Assembly: GCA_965223325.1 (NCBI GenBank)
Contig: CBDCWI010000002.1
Coordinates: 1,216,001 to 1,280,000 of the forward strand
Direction of reading: 5' to 3'
DNA length: 64,000 nt
Source of the DNA: Candidatus Multivoradales bacterium
GTDB lineage: Bacteria; Acidobacteriota; Thermoanaerobaculia; Multivoradales; Multivoraceae
Shown piece by piece: positions 1 through 8,723 of the stretch. Position 1 is the stretch's first letter. The number at the start of each line of letters is the position of its first letter. The translations under genes were made by a program, and so were the position numbers. The notes beneath the pieces were generated by a model, which saw only the letters and a list, made by a program, of their open reading frames with translations, had not been told where the DNA came from and did no database searches.

Positions 1-1
1 G

Positions 2-388
2 ATGACCGCGCTCGCCTTCACGATCCTTCTCCAGGCCAAGGTGCGGGACACCCCGTGGATCGTCGGCACTGGTCTGTTGACCTGGCTCGTGGCCCAGCAG
101 GCGGCGGTCTTCGGGACCGAGGTTGGCGCTGCCGCCGGAGCCACGATCCTGGGTGTGACTTCAAACCTCTACAGCCGCGTCCTCCATCGGCCCGCGATCG
201 TGACCCGCGTCTCCTCGGTGCTCCTTCTGGTTCCGGGTGCGATCGGCTTCCGAGGAGTCGCCTCCTTGCTCCATCACGATACGATTTCGGGCGTCGATGC
301 GGTGCTCGATGTGGCGACGATCGCCGTCGCAATCGTGGTTGGGTTGCTGCTCGCCAACGCCATCCTGCCACCCCGCAGAACCCTGTAG
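2..388 (+). CDS. Threonine/serine exporter (ThrE family), C-terminal part; begins before the window
   Basis: Hydrophobic helices and an 'LLLVPG' motif typical of the ThrE C-terminal domain; ORF runs off the left edge. Confidence 0.75.
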   Translation: MTALAFTILLQAKVRDTPWIVGTGLLTWLVAQQAAVFGTEVGAAAGATILGVTSNLYSRVLHRPAIVTRVSSVLLLVPGAIGFRGVASLLHHDTISGVDAVLDVATIAVAIVVGLLLANAILPPRRTL

Positions 389-427
389 AGGGAGCCTCTG
401 AAGACCCCTGCTCCTTCCGGACGGCCT

Positions 428-940
428 CTAGTCGCGCGCCGAATCGGACTCTTGAATGGTCATCAGGTAGCTGAGCAAGGCATCGATCGCCGCTTCCACG
501 TCGACCTCCTGCTCGGCGACCTTGTCCGAACTCGAGAAGACGAGCCCCCATACCGGCATTGCCCGACGACCGTGCCCACGAATCTCGTAGCGTCCATCGA
601 TCGACGCCCGGACGCGCTCTCGGGGGAAGCCATCGTCTTCTCGTGCGGCAAGAGCCGTCAGGTCGGCCGGCGCGACGCGCAGGATCTCCGCCATTTCTCC
701 GCTACCCCGGCCAGTTGCTCCGTGGCAACCGGCGCAGTGCACGCGGTAGAGGCGCTCGCCCCGCCGGACTCGCAGCTCGTCGCTCGAACTGGCCACATCG
801 GTCTGGCACAGGGCAGGTACGGCGGGCGCCACCATGAGCGTCAACGCGCCGAGGAAACGAAGCCCAACCGGCGCTCTCGGGCGATTCAGGGATCTGCGCA
901 TCACGGAGCTACTCTCCATCTCCCTCATTGATGACTTCAT
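428..940 (-). CDS. Class I c-type cytochrome (monoheme, exported); start may be at 901
   Basis: Signal peptide, 'GERLY..HCAGCHG' heme motif, distal Met in 'HG...MPVWG'. Confidence 0.85.
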   Translation of the reverse strand: MKSSMREMESSSVMRRSLNRPRAPVGLRFLGALTLMVAPAVPALCQTDVASSSDELRVRRGERLYRVHCAGCHGATGRGSGEMAEILRVAPADLTALAAREDDGFPRERVRASIDGRYEIRGHGRRAMPVWGLVFSSSDKVAEQEVDVEAAIDALLSYLMTIQESDSARD

Positions 941-1171
941 GCTGCGATTGTTCCGGCTCTCGACCGGCAGGCCAAGCTTCGGTTATCCCATAGGTGCCTC
1001 GTAGATACCACGGGTGGCTCCTTCCGCATCCCTTCTGGGAGCATGCGATGGCTTTGTGTCCCATGGCCATCGTGGGGCGGTTCGCCGCCATCCACCATGA
1101 AGGACATCGCAGAACGCCGGACAGCCCAAGCTTGCACTGGTCTGAACCCTGAATCCGAGAGCCGAGCCACC

Positions 1172-2074
1172 ATGCAACCCAAGAAGATTCTCCTGCCGAC
1201 CGACTTCACCGCCGAATCCGTCAAAGCTCTCGAGCGTGGCTTCGACCTCTGTCGGCAATTCGACGCCGAACCGCACTTCGTCCATGTCGTGTTGCAAGTG
1301 GACTACGCGCCCCTCGTCCCACCAGACGTCATGACCGGAAACCTCGGCGATCTCTACGAAGATGTCGCCAAGCGAGCAACAGACTCCTTGCAGGAGATCG
1401 CCGATCGGGTCGCCGTTGGGAGCAATGACTCGGTGGTGCGAGTTCTCACCGGACCCTCGGTCACCCGCACGCTGATCGACTACACCGAGGAACATGACAT
1501 CGACCTCATGGTCGTCGGCACCCACGGCCGCACCGGGGCGAAACGAGTGCTGCTCGGCAGCGAAGCTGAACGGCTGGTGCGCGTTGCCCCATGCCCGGTA
1601 CTCACGGTCGGTCCCGACGTCGACCCCAGGCCGGAGCGGCCGCTCCGCATCCTGGGCGCGCTCGATCTCGCGGATACCAGCCTCGAGGTCGCCCGCAGCG
1701 TACGCGAGCTCAGCGAGCTCTACTCTGCCGACGCTCACTTCATCCACATCGTCGCTCCGGTCATCTTGCCGGCCTACGTCGAGGGCTACACCCAGGTCTC
1801 GGTACCGGTCGACAACCTGCTGGCTCAGGCGAACGAGAAACTGCTCGAGGTCGTCGAAACGGCCGGCGTGGTCGATTCGACACTTCGTGCCTCCTTTGGA
1901 GACACGGCGATCGAAGTCGTCAAGTATGCGAAGGAAACCAACGTCGACCTGATCGTCGTCGCCACCCACGGGCGTAGCGGTTTGCCGCACCTTCTCCTCG
2001 GCTCGGTTGCGGATCGCATCGTCAGGACTGCTCACTGTCCCGTGATGACCGTACGACCCTCGACTTCGGATTGA
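1172..2074 (+). CDS. Universal stress protein, tandem USP domains
   Basis: 'KILLPTDF' start; two 'DL.VV.THGR.G....LGS.A.R.VR.A.CPV' motifs. Confidence 0.95.
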   Translation: MQPKKILLPTDFTAESVKALERGFDLCRQFDAEPHFVHVVLQVDYAPLVPPDVMTGNLGDLYEDVAKRATDSLQEIADRVAVGSNDSVVRVLTGPSVTRTLIDYTEEHDIDLMVVGTHGRTGAKRVLLGSEAERLVRVAPCPVLTVGPDVDPRPERPLRILGALDLADTSLEVARSVRELSELYSADAHFIHIVAPVILPAYVEGYTQVSVPVDNLLAQANEKLLEVVETAGVVDSTLRASFGDTAIEVVKYAKETNVDLIVVATHGRSGLPHLLLGSVADRIVRTAHCPVMTVRPSTSD

Positions 2075-2133
2075 ACTTGGCAGCCAGAGGAGCATCGACA
2101 GCCAACCGTTCGGGTCTTGATAGCGTCGCCCGA

Positions 2134-3651
2134 ATGAACTCCGCGCACACGGACGAGGGGCAGCTGTTTGGGGTCCTTCTCGAGGCGGCAGTCGACGGCA
2201 TCGTCGTGATCGATCGCCGTGGAACCTTGCGCCGTATGAATCACCAGGGGCTCGCCCTCTTCGGTTACGAAGCAGACGAGATCATCGGCAGGAACATCTC
2301 GCAGCTCATGCCTGAGCCCCATGCGAGCCAGCACGACGCCTACGTGAGCCGTTACCTCAAAACAGGTACGAAACGCATCATCGGCATCGGTCGTGAGGTC
2401 CTGGGCAAGCGCAAAGACGGCAGCACCTTCGTCATGGACCTGTCGGTCGGCGAAGGTGAAGTCGACGGGGAGCACTTCTTCATTGGTGTCATGCGCGACC
2501 TCACCGAGCGCAACGCCCTCATCCATGAGCTCCGCGAACGAGAGAGTGAAGTGCGGGGTCTGGTTGAAAACGCACTGGTCGCGACCGGGGCTCTCGACCC
2601 CGAGGGGCGCTTCCTGGGCTGGAACGACTCGTTCGCGCGCGCGCTCCGGACCTCAGATCTGCAAGGCAAGAAGCTCATCGGTTTCCTTCCGACGAATCAG
2701 CAGCGTGACTTCGAACAGGCACTTCGCCGCCTCTCGGAGAGCGGCGAGTCGGAACTGCTCCACGATCGGCGTTTCCAGGTCAATGACGAGGAAACAGACG
2801 AAACACGCGTCGGTGACATTTACCTCTCTCCGGTCCGCGACCTCGACGCCCCCGACGAGCCGATCCATCGGCTCGTAGTCCAGTTCGTCGATCGCACGAC
2901 AGAGGTGCAAGCCGAGCGTGCGGCGCTCGAGGCTCAGAACCGAATCGCCCACCTCAATCGCCTGGGTACGCTCGGTGAAATGGCAGCGGGGATCTCGCAC
3001 GAGGTCAACCAACCCCTGGGCGCGATTTCGAACTATGCACAAGCGGCGCGCTTCATGCTGAGAGCACCCTCGACCGATCCGGAAGCATTGCTCGGCGTGC
3101 TCGAGAAAATCGCCGCCCAGGCAGAACGAGCCGGGAGCGTCATTCGGCGCATGCGCGCGCTGGCAGGCGACACCACTACGGCACGTGAGACCTGCGACCT
3201 CGCCGATTTGATCCATGAGGTCGTTGGGCTGTTCGGGAGCGACGCTCGTTTTGAACTTCCCCGCCTCGATGTCGACCTTGGATCAGACCTACCCGAAGTC
3301 CGAGTCGACCGCGTCCAGATTCAACAGGTGCTCTTGAACTTGCTGCGCAACGCCCTCGATGCCATGGCCGATGTGCCAGTCTACGACCGCCAGCTTCGGC
3401 TCGAGTGTCAGGGTGAACCGAGCCACGTCACCATCAGCGTCGTAGACCGTGGTCACGGCATCATCCCGGAGATCGCCGATCAGCTGACCGACCCGTTCTT
3501 CTCGACCAAAGAGCACGGAATGGGTATGGGCCTGGCTATCTGTGCTTCGATCGTTTCCTCTCACGCCGGCAAGCTCTGGCACTCCGCCAACGAGCCGGCC
3601 CCCGGTGCCACCTTCCATGTTCAACTTCCACTACCGGTTACCTCATCATGA
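2134..3651 (+). CDS. fixL: Heme-PAS oxygen-sensor histidine kinase, FixL-like, soluble, with two PAS domains
   Basis: 'LMPEPHASQHDAYVSRY...RIIGIGREV.G.RKDG' FixL heme PAS; HEVNQPL H-box; N/G1/F/G2 boxes. Confidence 0.85.
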   Translation: MNSAHTDEGQLFGVLLEAAVDGIVVIDRRGTLRRMNHQGLALFGYEADEIIGRNISQLMPEPHASQHDAYVSRYLKTGTKRIIGIGREVLGKRKDGSTFVMDLSVGEGEVDGEHFFIGVMRDLTERNALIHELRERESEVRGLVENALVATGALDPEGRFLGWNDSFARALRTSDLQGKKLIGFLPTNQQRDFEQALRRLSESGESELLHDRRFQVNDEETDETRVGDIYLSPVRDLDAPDEPIHRLVVQFVDRTTEVQAERAALEAQNRIAHLNRLGTLGEMAAGISHEVNQPLGAISNYAQAARFMLRAPSTDPEALLGVLEKIAAQAERAGSVIRRMRALAGDTTTARETCDLADLIHEVVGLFGSDARFELPRLDVDLGSDLPEVRVDRVQIQQVLLNLLRNALDAMADVPVYDRQLRLECQGEPSHVTISVVDRGHGIIPEIADQLTDPFFSTKEHGMGMGLAICASIVSSHAGKLWHSANEPAPGATFHVQLPLPVTSS

Positions 3652-4262
3652 CTAGTACTCCTCTACAGACAGTCTTCATCGTCGACGATGACGAGGCCTT
3701 TGCCGACTCGGTCTCGGTTCTGTGCCAATCCGTTGGCATCGCCTCGCAGACTTTCGAGTCTGCCGAAGAGTTTCTCGAGGAATTCGTACCCTCCTGGAAC
3801 GGTTGTCTGGTGCTCGACGTGCGCATGCCCAGGAAAAGCGGGCTAGATCTCTACAAGGAGCTCACCGAACTCGGCAACACCATGCCGGTGATCTTCATCA
3901 CCGGTCACGGGGACATCGGGATGGCGGTCAGCGCGATGAAAGACGGGGCCTTCGACTTTTTGACCAAGCCGTTCTCACATCAGGAACTTCTCGATCGAAT
4001 CCACACCGCGCTCGCCGGCGCGAGCAGAGAGCGAGCTGCCGGTGCCGAGCGGGCCGAGCTCTCTACCCGTCACCAGGGGCTGACGCCGCGCGAAAGCGAG
4101 GTCTTCGACCTGGTGGTCGCCGGCAACGCCAACAAGGTCATCGCCAGCCGTCTCGGAATCAGCCAGCGGACCGTCGAGCTTCACCGGGCCCAGGTGATGG
4201 CGAAGATGAAGGCCGATTCCCTGGCCGACCTGGTGCGCATGGCGGTCGCGATCGGTCAATAG
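3648..4262 (+). CDS. fixJ: FixJ-like response regulator (REC + LuxR HTH)
   Basis: VDDD, LDVRMP, FITGHGD, KPF and 'LTPRE..V...NKVIA..LGIS.RTVE.HR'; ATGA overlap with fixL. Confidence 0.9.
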   Translation: MTSTPLQTVFIVDDDEAFADSVSVLCQSVGIASQTFESAEEFLEEFVPSWNGCLVLDVRMPRKSGLDLYKELTELGNTMPVIFITGHGDIGMAVSAMKDGAFDFLTKPFSHQELLDRIHTALAGASRERAAGAERAELSTRHQGLTPRESEVFDLVVAGNANKVIASRLGISQRTVELHRAQVMAKMKADSLADLVRMAVAIGQ

Positions 4263-4381
4263 GCGACCGCGGCCAAACGCCGGCCGTGGCGAACCCTAGA
4301 GCCGCTTCGTGTTCGGGCGCCCTACCCTCTTCATGCCCTCGGCGCGCTCTGCGAGACCCCTAGGGCCCGCCAGCACCGCTC

Positions 4382-4966
4382 TCAGTGCGGGTGGTGGATC
4401 CCCTCCGAAGGCATCTCGGGCTTGTACTCCTGATGACAAGCCTCGCAGGCCGCAATGATGCTGTCGCCGGCCCGAAGGACGCGCTCGAGGTCGCGAGCCT
4501 GGGCCCCGGCATAACCTTCCATTGCGGCATCGGTCATGAGACGGGCCTGTTGCTGCCACGGCAGCTGCCGCACCCAGCCGTCATCGGAAGGTCCGGTCCC
4601 GCCGGCGGTGATCGCCGTGCCCGAGATCGCCAGCTGAACGGCGTGATGTTCGACTTCCTGCCAGTCTTTCTCGGTCACTGGAGCACCGCCTTCGCGACCG
4701 AGGTCCCACAGCTCGTGTGCTGAGTGGTCGACCAGCGCCACCATGACCGCGTTGAGACTGAGGGCTGGCTCGACGGCCGGCTCGAGACACCCGAGCTCAC
4801 ACTCCTCGACCGCACTCTTGACAGCAGTTTCGATCTCGTCAGCGGCTGCCGCAGACGTGGTTGCCGCAGACCCGTTGCCTTCCTGCGGCGCACAGGCTGC
4901 AAACGTCAGCAAGCCGAATGCGATCGAGAGACCGGTGAGAGCGAGAAGACCTGAGTTGCGTTCCAT
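4382..4966 (-). CDS. Cytochrome c'-like (class II) lipoprotein
   Basis: Lipobox FAAC, helical body, C-terminal CEACH heme motif; SD AGGAGG upstream. Confidence 0.65.
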   Translation of the reverse strand: MERNSGLLALTGLSIAFGLLTFAACAPQEGNGSAATTSAAAADEIETAVKSAVEECELGCLEPAVEPALSLNAVMVALVDHSAHELWDLGREGGAPVTEKDWQEVEHHAVQLAISGTAITAGGTGPSDDGWVRQLPWQQQARLMTDAAMEGYAGAQARDLERVLRAGDSIIAACEACHQEYKPEMPSEGIHHPH

Positions 4967-5073
4967 CTTCCTCAACCTCCTTCAAGCGGCCCATCGTGGC
5001 CCTCTTAGAGGGCCATGGGCAAGACGTCTGTTTCTTTCGGTCACCATCGCAGACGGGTGACACCTCGCTCCAG

Positions 5074-5109
5074 TAGGGCTCTCCCGTAACCACCTAGGGG
5101 TTTCCCGAA
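5074..5109. promoter_or_regulatory. Paired candidate FixJ/LuxR-type operator sites
   Basis: TAGGGCTCTCCCGTA (5074-5088) and TAGGGGTTTCCCGAA (5095-5109), 21 bp apart, between divergent heme-protein genes. Confidence 0.45.
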
Positions 5110-5206
5110 CGCACAGCGGTCTCTTGCCTGGATCACGACCTTGGATAAGGTCGATCCAACCGTTCCCCCTTTCGTTTTCACCCACAACCCATGGAGAGCG
5201 CAGCTC

Positions 5207-5590
5207 ATGGCCGACCCCCAGGAATCCGTCTACGACCGAATCGGCGGCAGCGAGGTGATCGATGAACTCGTCACGCAGTTTTACGAAAGGGTGTTTGCTG
5301 ACCCCGAGCTGGCGACGTTCTTCCAGGACACTGCCCGGGAGAAGCTGATCAAGATGCAGCGCGAGTTCTTCGCCGCCGCACTCGGCGGACCGATCAAGTA
5401 CTCCGGTTTGTCACTGGCCCACGCGCACCATGGCCGCGGCATCCGCCGCCGACACTTCCAGCGCTACGTCGGCCACCTGGTCGATACCCTGGAGGGAATG
5501 AACGTTGGCGACGATGAGATGCGCGACGTCATCGAAAGGGTCGACACCTACGTTACGGAAATCACCGGCTCGATGGGCGATGCCGGATAG
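5207..5590 (+). CDS. glbN: Group I truncated haemoglobin (2/2 globin)
   Basis: 'SVYDRIGG', 'FYERV..DP.L..FF', 'Q..F...LGGP..Y.G..L..AH' globin pattern. Confidence 0.9.
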   Translation: MADPQESVYDRIGGSEVIDELVTQFYERVFADPELATFFQDTAREKLIKMQREFFAAALGGPIKYSGLSLAHAHHGRGIRRRHFQRYVGHLVDTLEGMNVGDDEMRDVIERVDTYVTEITGSMGDAG

Positions 5591-5615
5591 GCGGCAGGCG
5601 CGAGGAAGGAGCGAG

Positions 5616-5652
5616 AAAAAAATAGACCGACCCTTGTTCCGAGAGTCGGCCT
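5616..5652 (-). terminator. Intrinsic terminator on the minus strand
   Basis: AGGCCGACUCU/AGGGUCGGUCU 11-bp stem with G-U pairs, followed by A and U7. Confidence 0.75.
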
Positions 5653-5787
5653 TTCATAAGGAGAGTCTGCTTGTCCGGGCGGATGAGAACGGCGGAACGC
5701 ACAGGAACTGCCATCAGGGGAATGGGCACCTCGGGGACGATGGTTAAGTGCCAATACGCTCCACCGTTCTCACCCACCGCCAGACAC
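5616..5787 (-). ncRNA. Candidate sigma54-dependent structured small RNA (~172 nt), family unknown
   Basis: Long stem 5754-5786/5672-5702 whose plus-strand A-C mismatches become G-U pairs on the minus strand; bounded by a sigma54 promoter and a terminator; no credible ORF. Confidence 0.65.
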
Positions 5788-5797
5788 CCCTCCCTAG

Positions 5798-5813
5798 AGC
5801 AACCCCCGTGCCA
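5798..5813 (-). promoter_or_regulatory. Sigma54 (-24/-12) promoter
   Basis: Minus strand TGGCACG-GGGG-TTGCT, an exact match to TGGCACG-N4-TTGCW. Confidence 0.8.
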
Positions 5814-6063
5814 GCCCGCTCCAGGCTGCAGGAAAAGGCCTCCAACCCTGTATCTTCCGCCGGTTCAACCCTTTAGAGACGGGCCTCTGGGTCGGCTCGA
5901 GGCCTCCTGGCTCCCCCTGCTTCGCCGGCGGTGCTCCAGATCGAAGCACGCCAACAAGCTGGGCACAGACCGCTCAGTTCCGGTCCGGCGCAACCGATAC
6001 ACCTGAGCTACAATACATTTAATAGTCTGCATATTTGTACTATTTCTCTCAAGGAGGGTGCCT

Positions 6064-7710
6064 GTGTCACTCGACCGGTTCTTGTTCGCCAGCGGCCTGC
6101 TCTGGCTCGTCGCCATCTTCTTTGCCCTTGCGGCCAGGGGCCAGGGCTGGGACCAAACGATCTGGGTCCTCCAGCAACACCCCAGCGCTTCCGACGCCAA
6201 CCCGGGCAGTCAAAGCCTGCCACTCGAGACCATCCAGGAAGCCGTCGACCGGGCTCTCGTCAACAAGCGCGCCGAGCGCTCGACCCGCGTCGTCATTGGA
6301 GCGGGTCTCTACCGCGAGTCCGTTCTCTTCGACCGCTACACCAACCACCCCAGCAATCAACCGGGCAACTCGACGGCGATGCTGGTCGAGCGCGACCCCG
6401 ACATAGAGCCCGGATCGGTCGTTATCTCGGGAGCCGACCTGTGGACAGACTGGAGCGCGGCCGGTGAAGGCCGGTTCACACACGCCTGGCCTCACGATTG
6501 GGGCGAGGCAGCCAGCGACCCGACGGGGGTTCCGCCGCTCTCTCAGCGCCGTGAGATGGTCATTGTCGACGGCCAGATGTTGCGCCAGGTAGCCGCACCC
6601 GAGGAGCTCGGGCCCGGCACCTTCTTCGTCGATGAGGCGGCAGATCTCCTCACCCTCGAGACCAGCGACGGTCAACTGGGAAACGTCGAGGTCGCGGTCC
6701 GCGAGCGACTCTGGTGGCTGGAGTTCGAGAGCAACATCACGATACGCGGACTGTCTTTCGAGCACGCCTCGACGCCGTGGCTAAACGGTTACGGTGCGGT
6801 CCGCACGAGCGGCGGTCAAAACGTCACCTTCGAAGACCTGGTCATCCGCTTCGTCAATGGCAACGGGATCTATCTAGAAGGCGAAGACCTGACCCTCAGG
6901 CGGGCGGACCTTTCGGACGTGGGCTACAACGCCTGGGCGACCTTCCACGCCAAGAACGTGCTCATCGAAGACATCGTCGCCAACCGCAACAACTGGCGCG
7001 GCAAGCTCACGGGCTGGGCCAGCTGGTCGGTCGGCAACAAGCTGTTCGGTATCCATGGGCTCACGCTCCGCCGTTACAGCGCCCACGACAACTTCGGTCG
7101 CGGTCTCTGGCTTGACTACGACCTCCAGGACGTCCTCATCGAAGACATCGAACTAGAGGGCAACAGCCGCGATGGCATCTTCATCGAGGCCAGTCCGGGC
7201 CCCATCGTCATCCGCCGCGCCCGTATCTGTGGCAATGGCGAGTACGGCATCCTGACGGCCAACTCGATGGACACGACCCTCGATCGCGTCACCGTATGTG
7301 ATAACCAGCAGGCGGCCCTCATGGTCTCGGGAGAAGACGACGGACGCACGATCACCGACTGGGAGACCGGCACGCAGCACACCCTCTTCCTCGACAACTG
7401 GACCATCCTCGCCTCGTGCTTTGCCGGCAAAGAGGACTTCCTGTTCGCGACCACCCTCGACAACAGCTGGTCGACCTGGCTCGCCAACCTGAACTCCGGC
7501 TGGAACGACTGGCGGCACGATCAAACCGCGCTCGCCTTCCGCCTCCAACATGGCGAGGTGGTCGACTTCGAGGGCTTTCGAAGCCAAACCGGCGAAGGCT
7601 CTCGGTCTCTCTTCGCCATGACCGACGCCTCAGCCTGCCGACCCTTCCTGTTCGTCGACGACTTCGAGAGTGGCGCGCTGGGCCGCTGGTGGTTGGCGCG
7701 TGGCAGTTGA
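6064..7710 (+). CDS. Secreted right-handed parallel beta-helix protein with a C-terminal FxDDFESG motif
   Basis: SD AGGAGG 6 nt before GTG, signal peptide, repeated 'N.G.G(I/L)' beta-helix turns. Confidence 0.8.
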   Translation: MSLDRFLFASGLLWLVAIFFALAARGQGWDQTIWVLQQHPSASDANPGSQSLPLETIQEAVDRALVNKRAERSTRVVIGAGLYRESVLFDRYTNHPSNQPGNSTAMLVERDPDIEPGSVVISGADLWTDWSAAGEGRFTHAWPHDWGEAASDPTGVPPLSQRREMVIVDGQMLRQVAAPEELGPGTFFVDEAADLLTLETSDGQLGNVEVAVRERLWWLEFESNITIRGLSFEHASTPWLNGYGAVRTSGGQNVTFEDLVIRFVNGNGIYLEGEDLTLRRADLSDVGYNAWATFHAKNVLIEDIVANRNNWRGKLTGWASWSVGNKLFGIHGLTLRRYSAHDNFGRGLWLDYDLQDVLIEDIELEGNSRDGIFIEASPGPIVIRRARICGNGEYGILTANSMDTTLDRVTVCDNQQAALMVSGEDDGRTITDWETGTQHTLFLDNWTILASCFAGKEDFLFATTLDNSWSTWLANLNSGWNDWRHDQTALAFRLQHGEVVDFEGFRSQTGEGSRSLFAMTDASACRPFLFVDDFESGALGRWWLARGS

Positions 7711-7819
7711 GGCTCGAGCGGCGCGCAACCGATCGAGGAACCTCATGTTCTCTGGTTGATACGCTTCTGCCTGGGTCTACGGCCCACCTTCCCAACCACC
7801 CTCCAGGAAACGGTCCCCG

Positions 7820-8704
7820 ATGCCTCCCAAGCCCGCCAGCGCCACCGAAGGCGCTCCAACAATGATCATTCCCAACGGCACGCGGATCGAGGTCGACGGC
7901 CACAATCAGCTTTCGATTCGGACTCCCGGCAACCTCGTGCTTCAGAACTCCGGTTCGTACGGCACCATCGAGTCGGCCACCGGCTCGATTCGCATCGAGC
8001 CCAACGTCCAGGTCGAAGCGGTTACCGTAGAGTGCGCCGACGTCTGCTACATCCAGGGCAGCCTCACGGCGTGGAAGGTCAAGGCTCGCTCGATCGAGCT
8101 CGAGGAGTCGGCCCGCGCCCACATCATCCTGCAGGAGACCGAGAGTCTGCACATTGGGCGCGAGGCTCGGATGGTGGGCAACTTCCGGTCGGAGAAGGAG
8201 CTCTTCCTGCTGCTCTCACGCTTCGCCAAACAACTGCGCGGCATGCCCTTCTACAACGAAAAACGCATGTCAGTTCCCCAGGACATGATTGCCGGCGCCG
8301 AGGCGGTGCTCGACATCACCAGCACCGGCAGTTCGCCGGCAGCGGCGCCCGAGCACGATCCCTATGCCGGGCGCTACGGGCATCCCGAGGCGGCACCCAT
8401 CGCAGCGAACCTCGCAGAAGACGCTGCCCCGCCGGCACCCGCACCGGGTGGTGACGAACTGCCCGAGGGCCTCTTGTTTGCCCTCGTACTGCTCGAGCGC
8501 GAAGGTGAACGCCCGGGCAACGGCCCGCGCGCCGATCAGGCCGTCAGCCAGCTTCTGAAGCTGCTACGCAGTCGCGACCTCGAAACGCTCGGCGACACCT
8601 ACCATGAGCTCTTCCGGAGTATTGTCGAGCCAAGCGACGACATCAGCCGCGCGCGCGAGATGGTTCACGGGCACTTCTCAACTGCTCCGCAGCCGGCCTC
8701 CTAG
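7820..8704 (+). CDS. Hypothetical protein with a bactofilin-like N-terminal beta-solenoid, Pro/Ala linker and helical C-terminal domain
   Basis: Typical codon pattern; 'IQGSLTA..VKA.SIELEESA......LHIG.EA.MVG.F' resembles the bactofilin repeat. Confidence 0.6.
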   Translation: MPPKPASATEGAPTMIIPNGTRIEVDGHNQLSIRTPGNLVLQNSGSYGTIESATGSIRIEPNVQVEAVTVECADVCYIQGSLTAWKVKARSIELEESARAHIILQETESLHIGREARMVGNFRSEKELFLLLSRFAKQLRGMPFYNEKRMSVPQDMIAGAEAVLDITSTGSSPAAAPEHDPYAGRYGHPEAAPIAANLAEDAAPPAPAPGGDELPEGLLFALVLLEREGERPGNGPRADQAVSQLLKLLRSRDLETLGDTYHELFRSIVEPSDDISRAREMVHGHFSTAPQPAS

Positions 8705-8723
8705 AAGGGTTGCGAGCCAGCCC

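Noticed and set aside
5120-5160. FNR/FixK box upstream of the globin
   Set aside because: The palindromes present (CGACCTT-N4-AAGGTCG; TTGGAT-N7-ATCCAA) do not fit TTGAT-N4-ATCAA spacing
5616-5787. 6S RNA or SRP RNA identity for the hairpin RNA, and the small ORFs 5562-5777 and 5548-5754
   Set aside because: No SRP GGAA/GCAG domain and no large central 6S-type bubble; the ORFs lack convincing RBS or protein-like composition and run through the terminator
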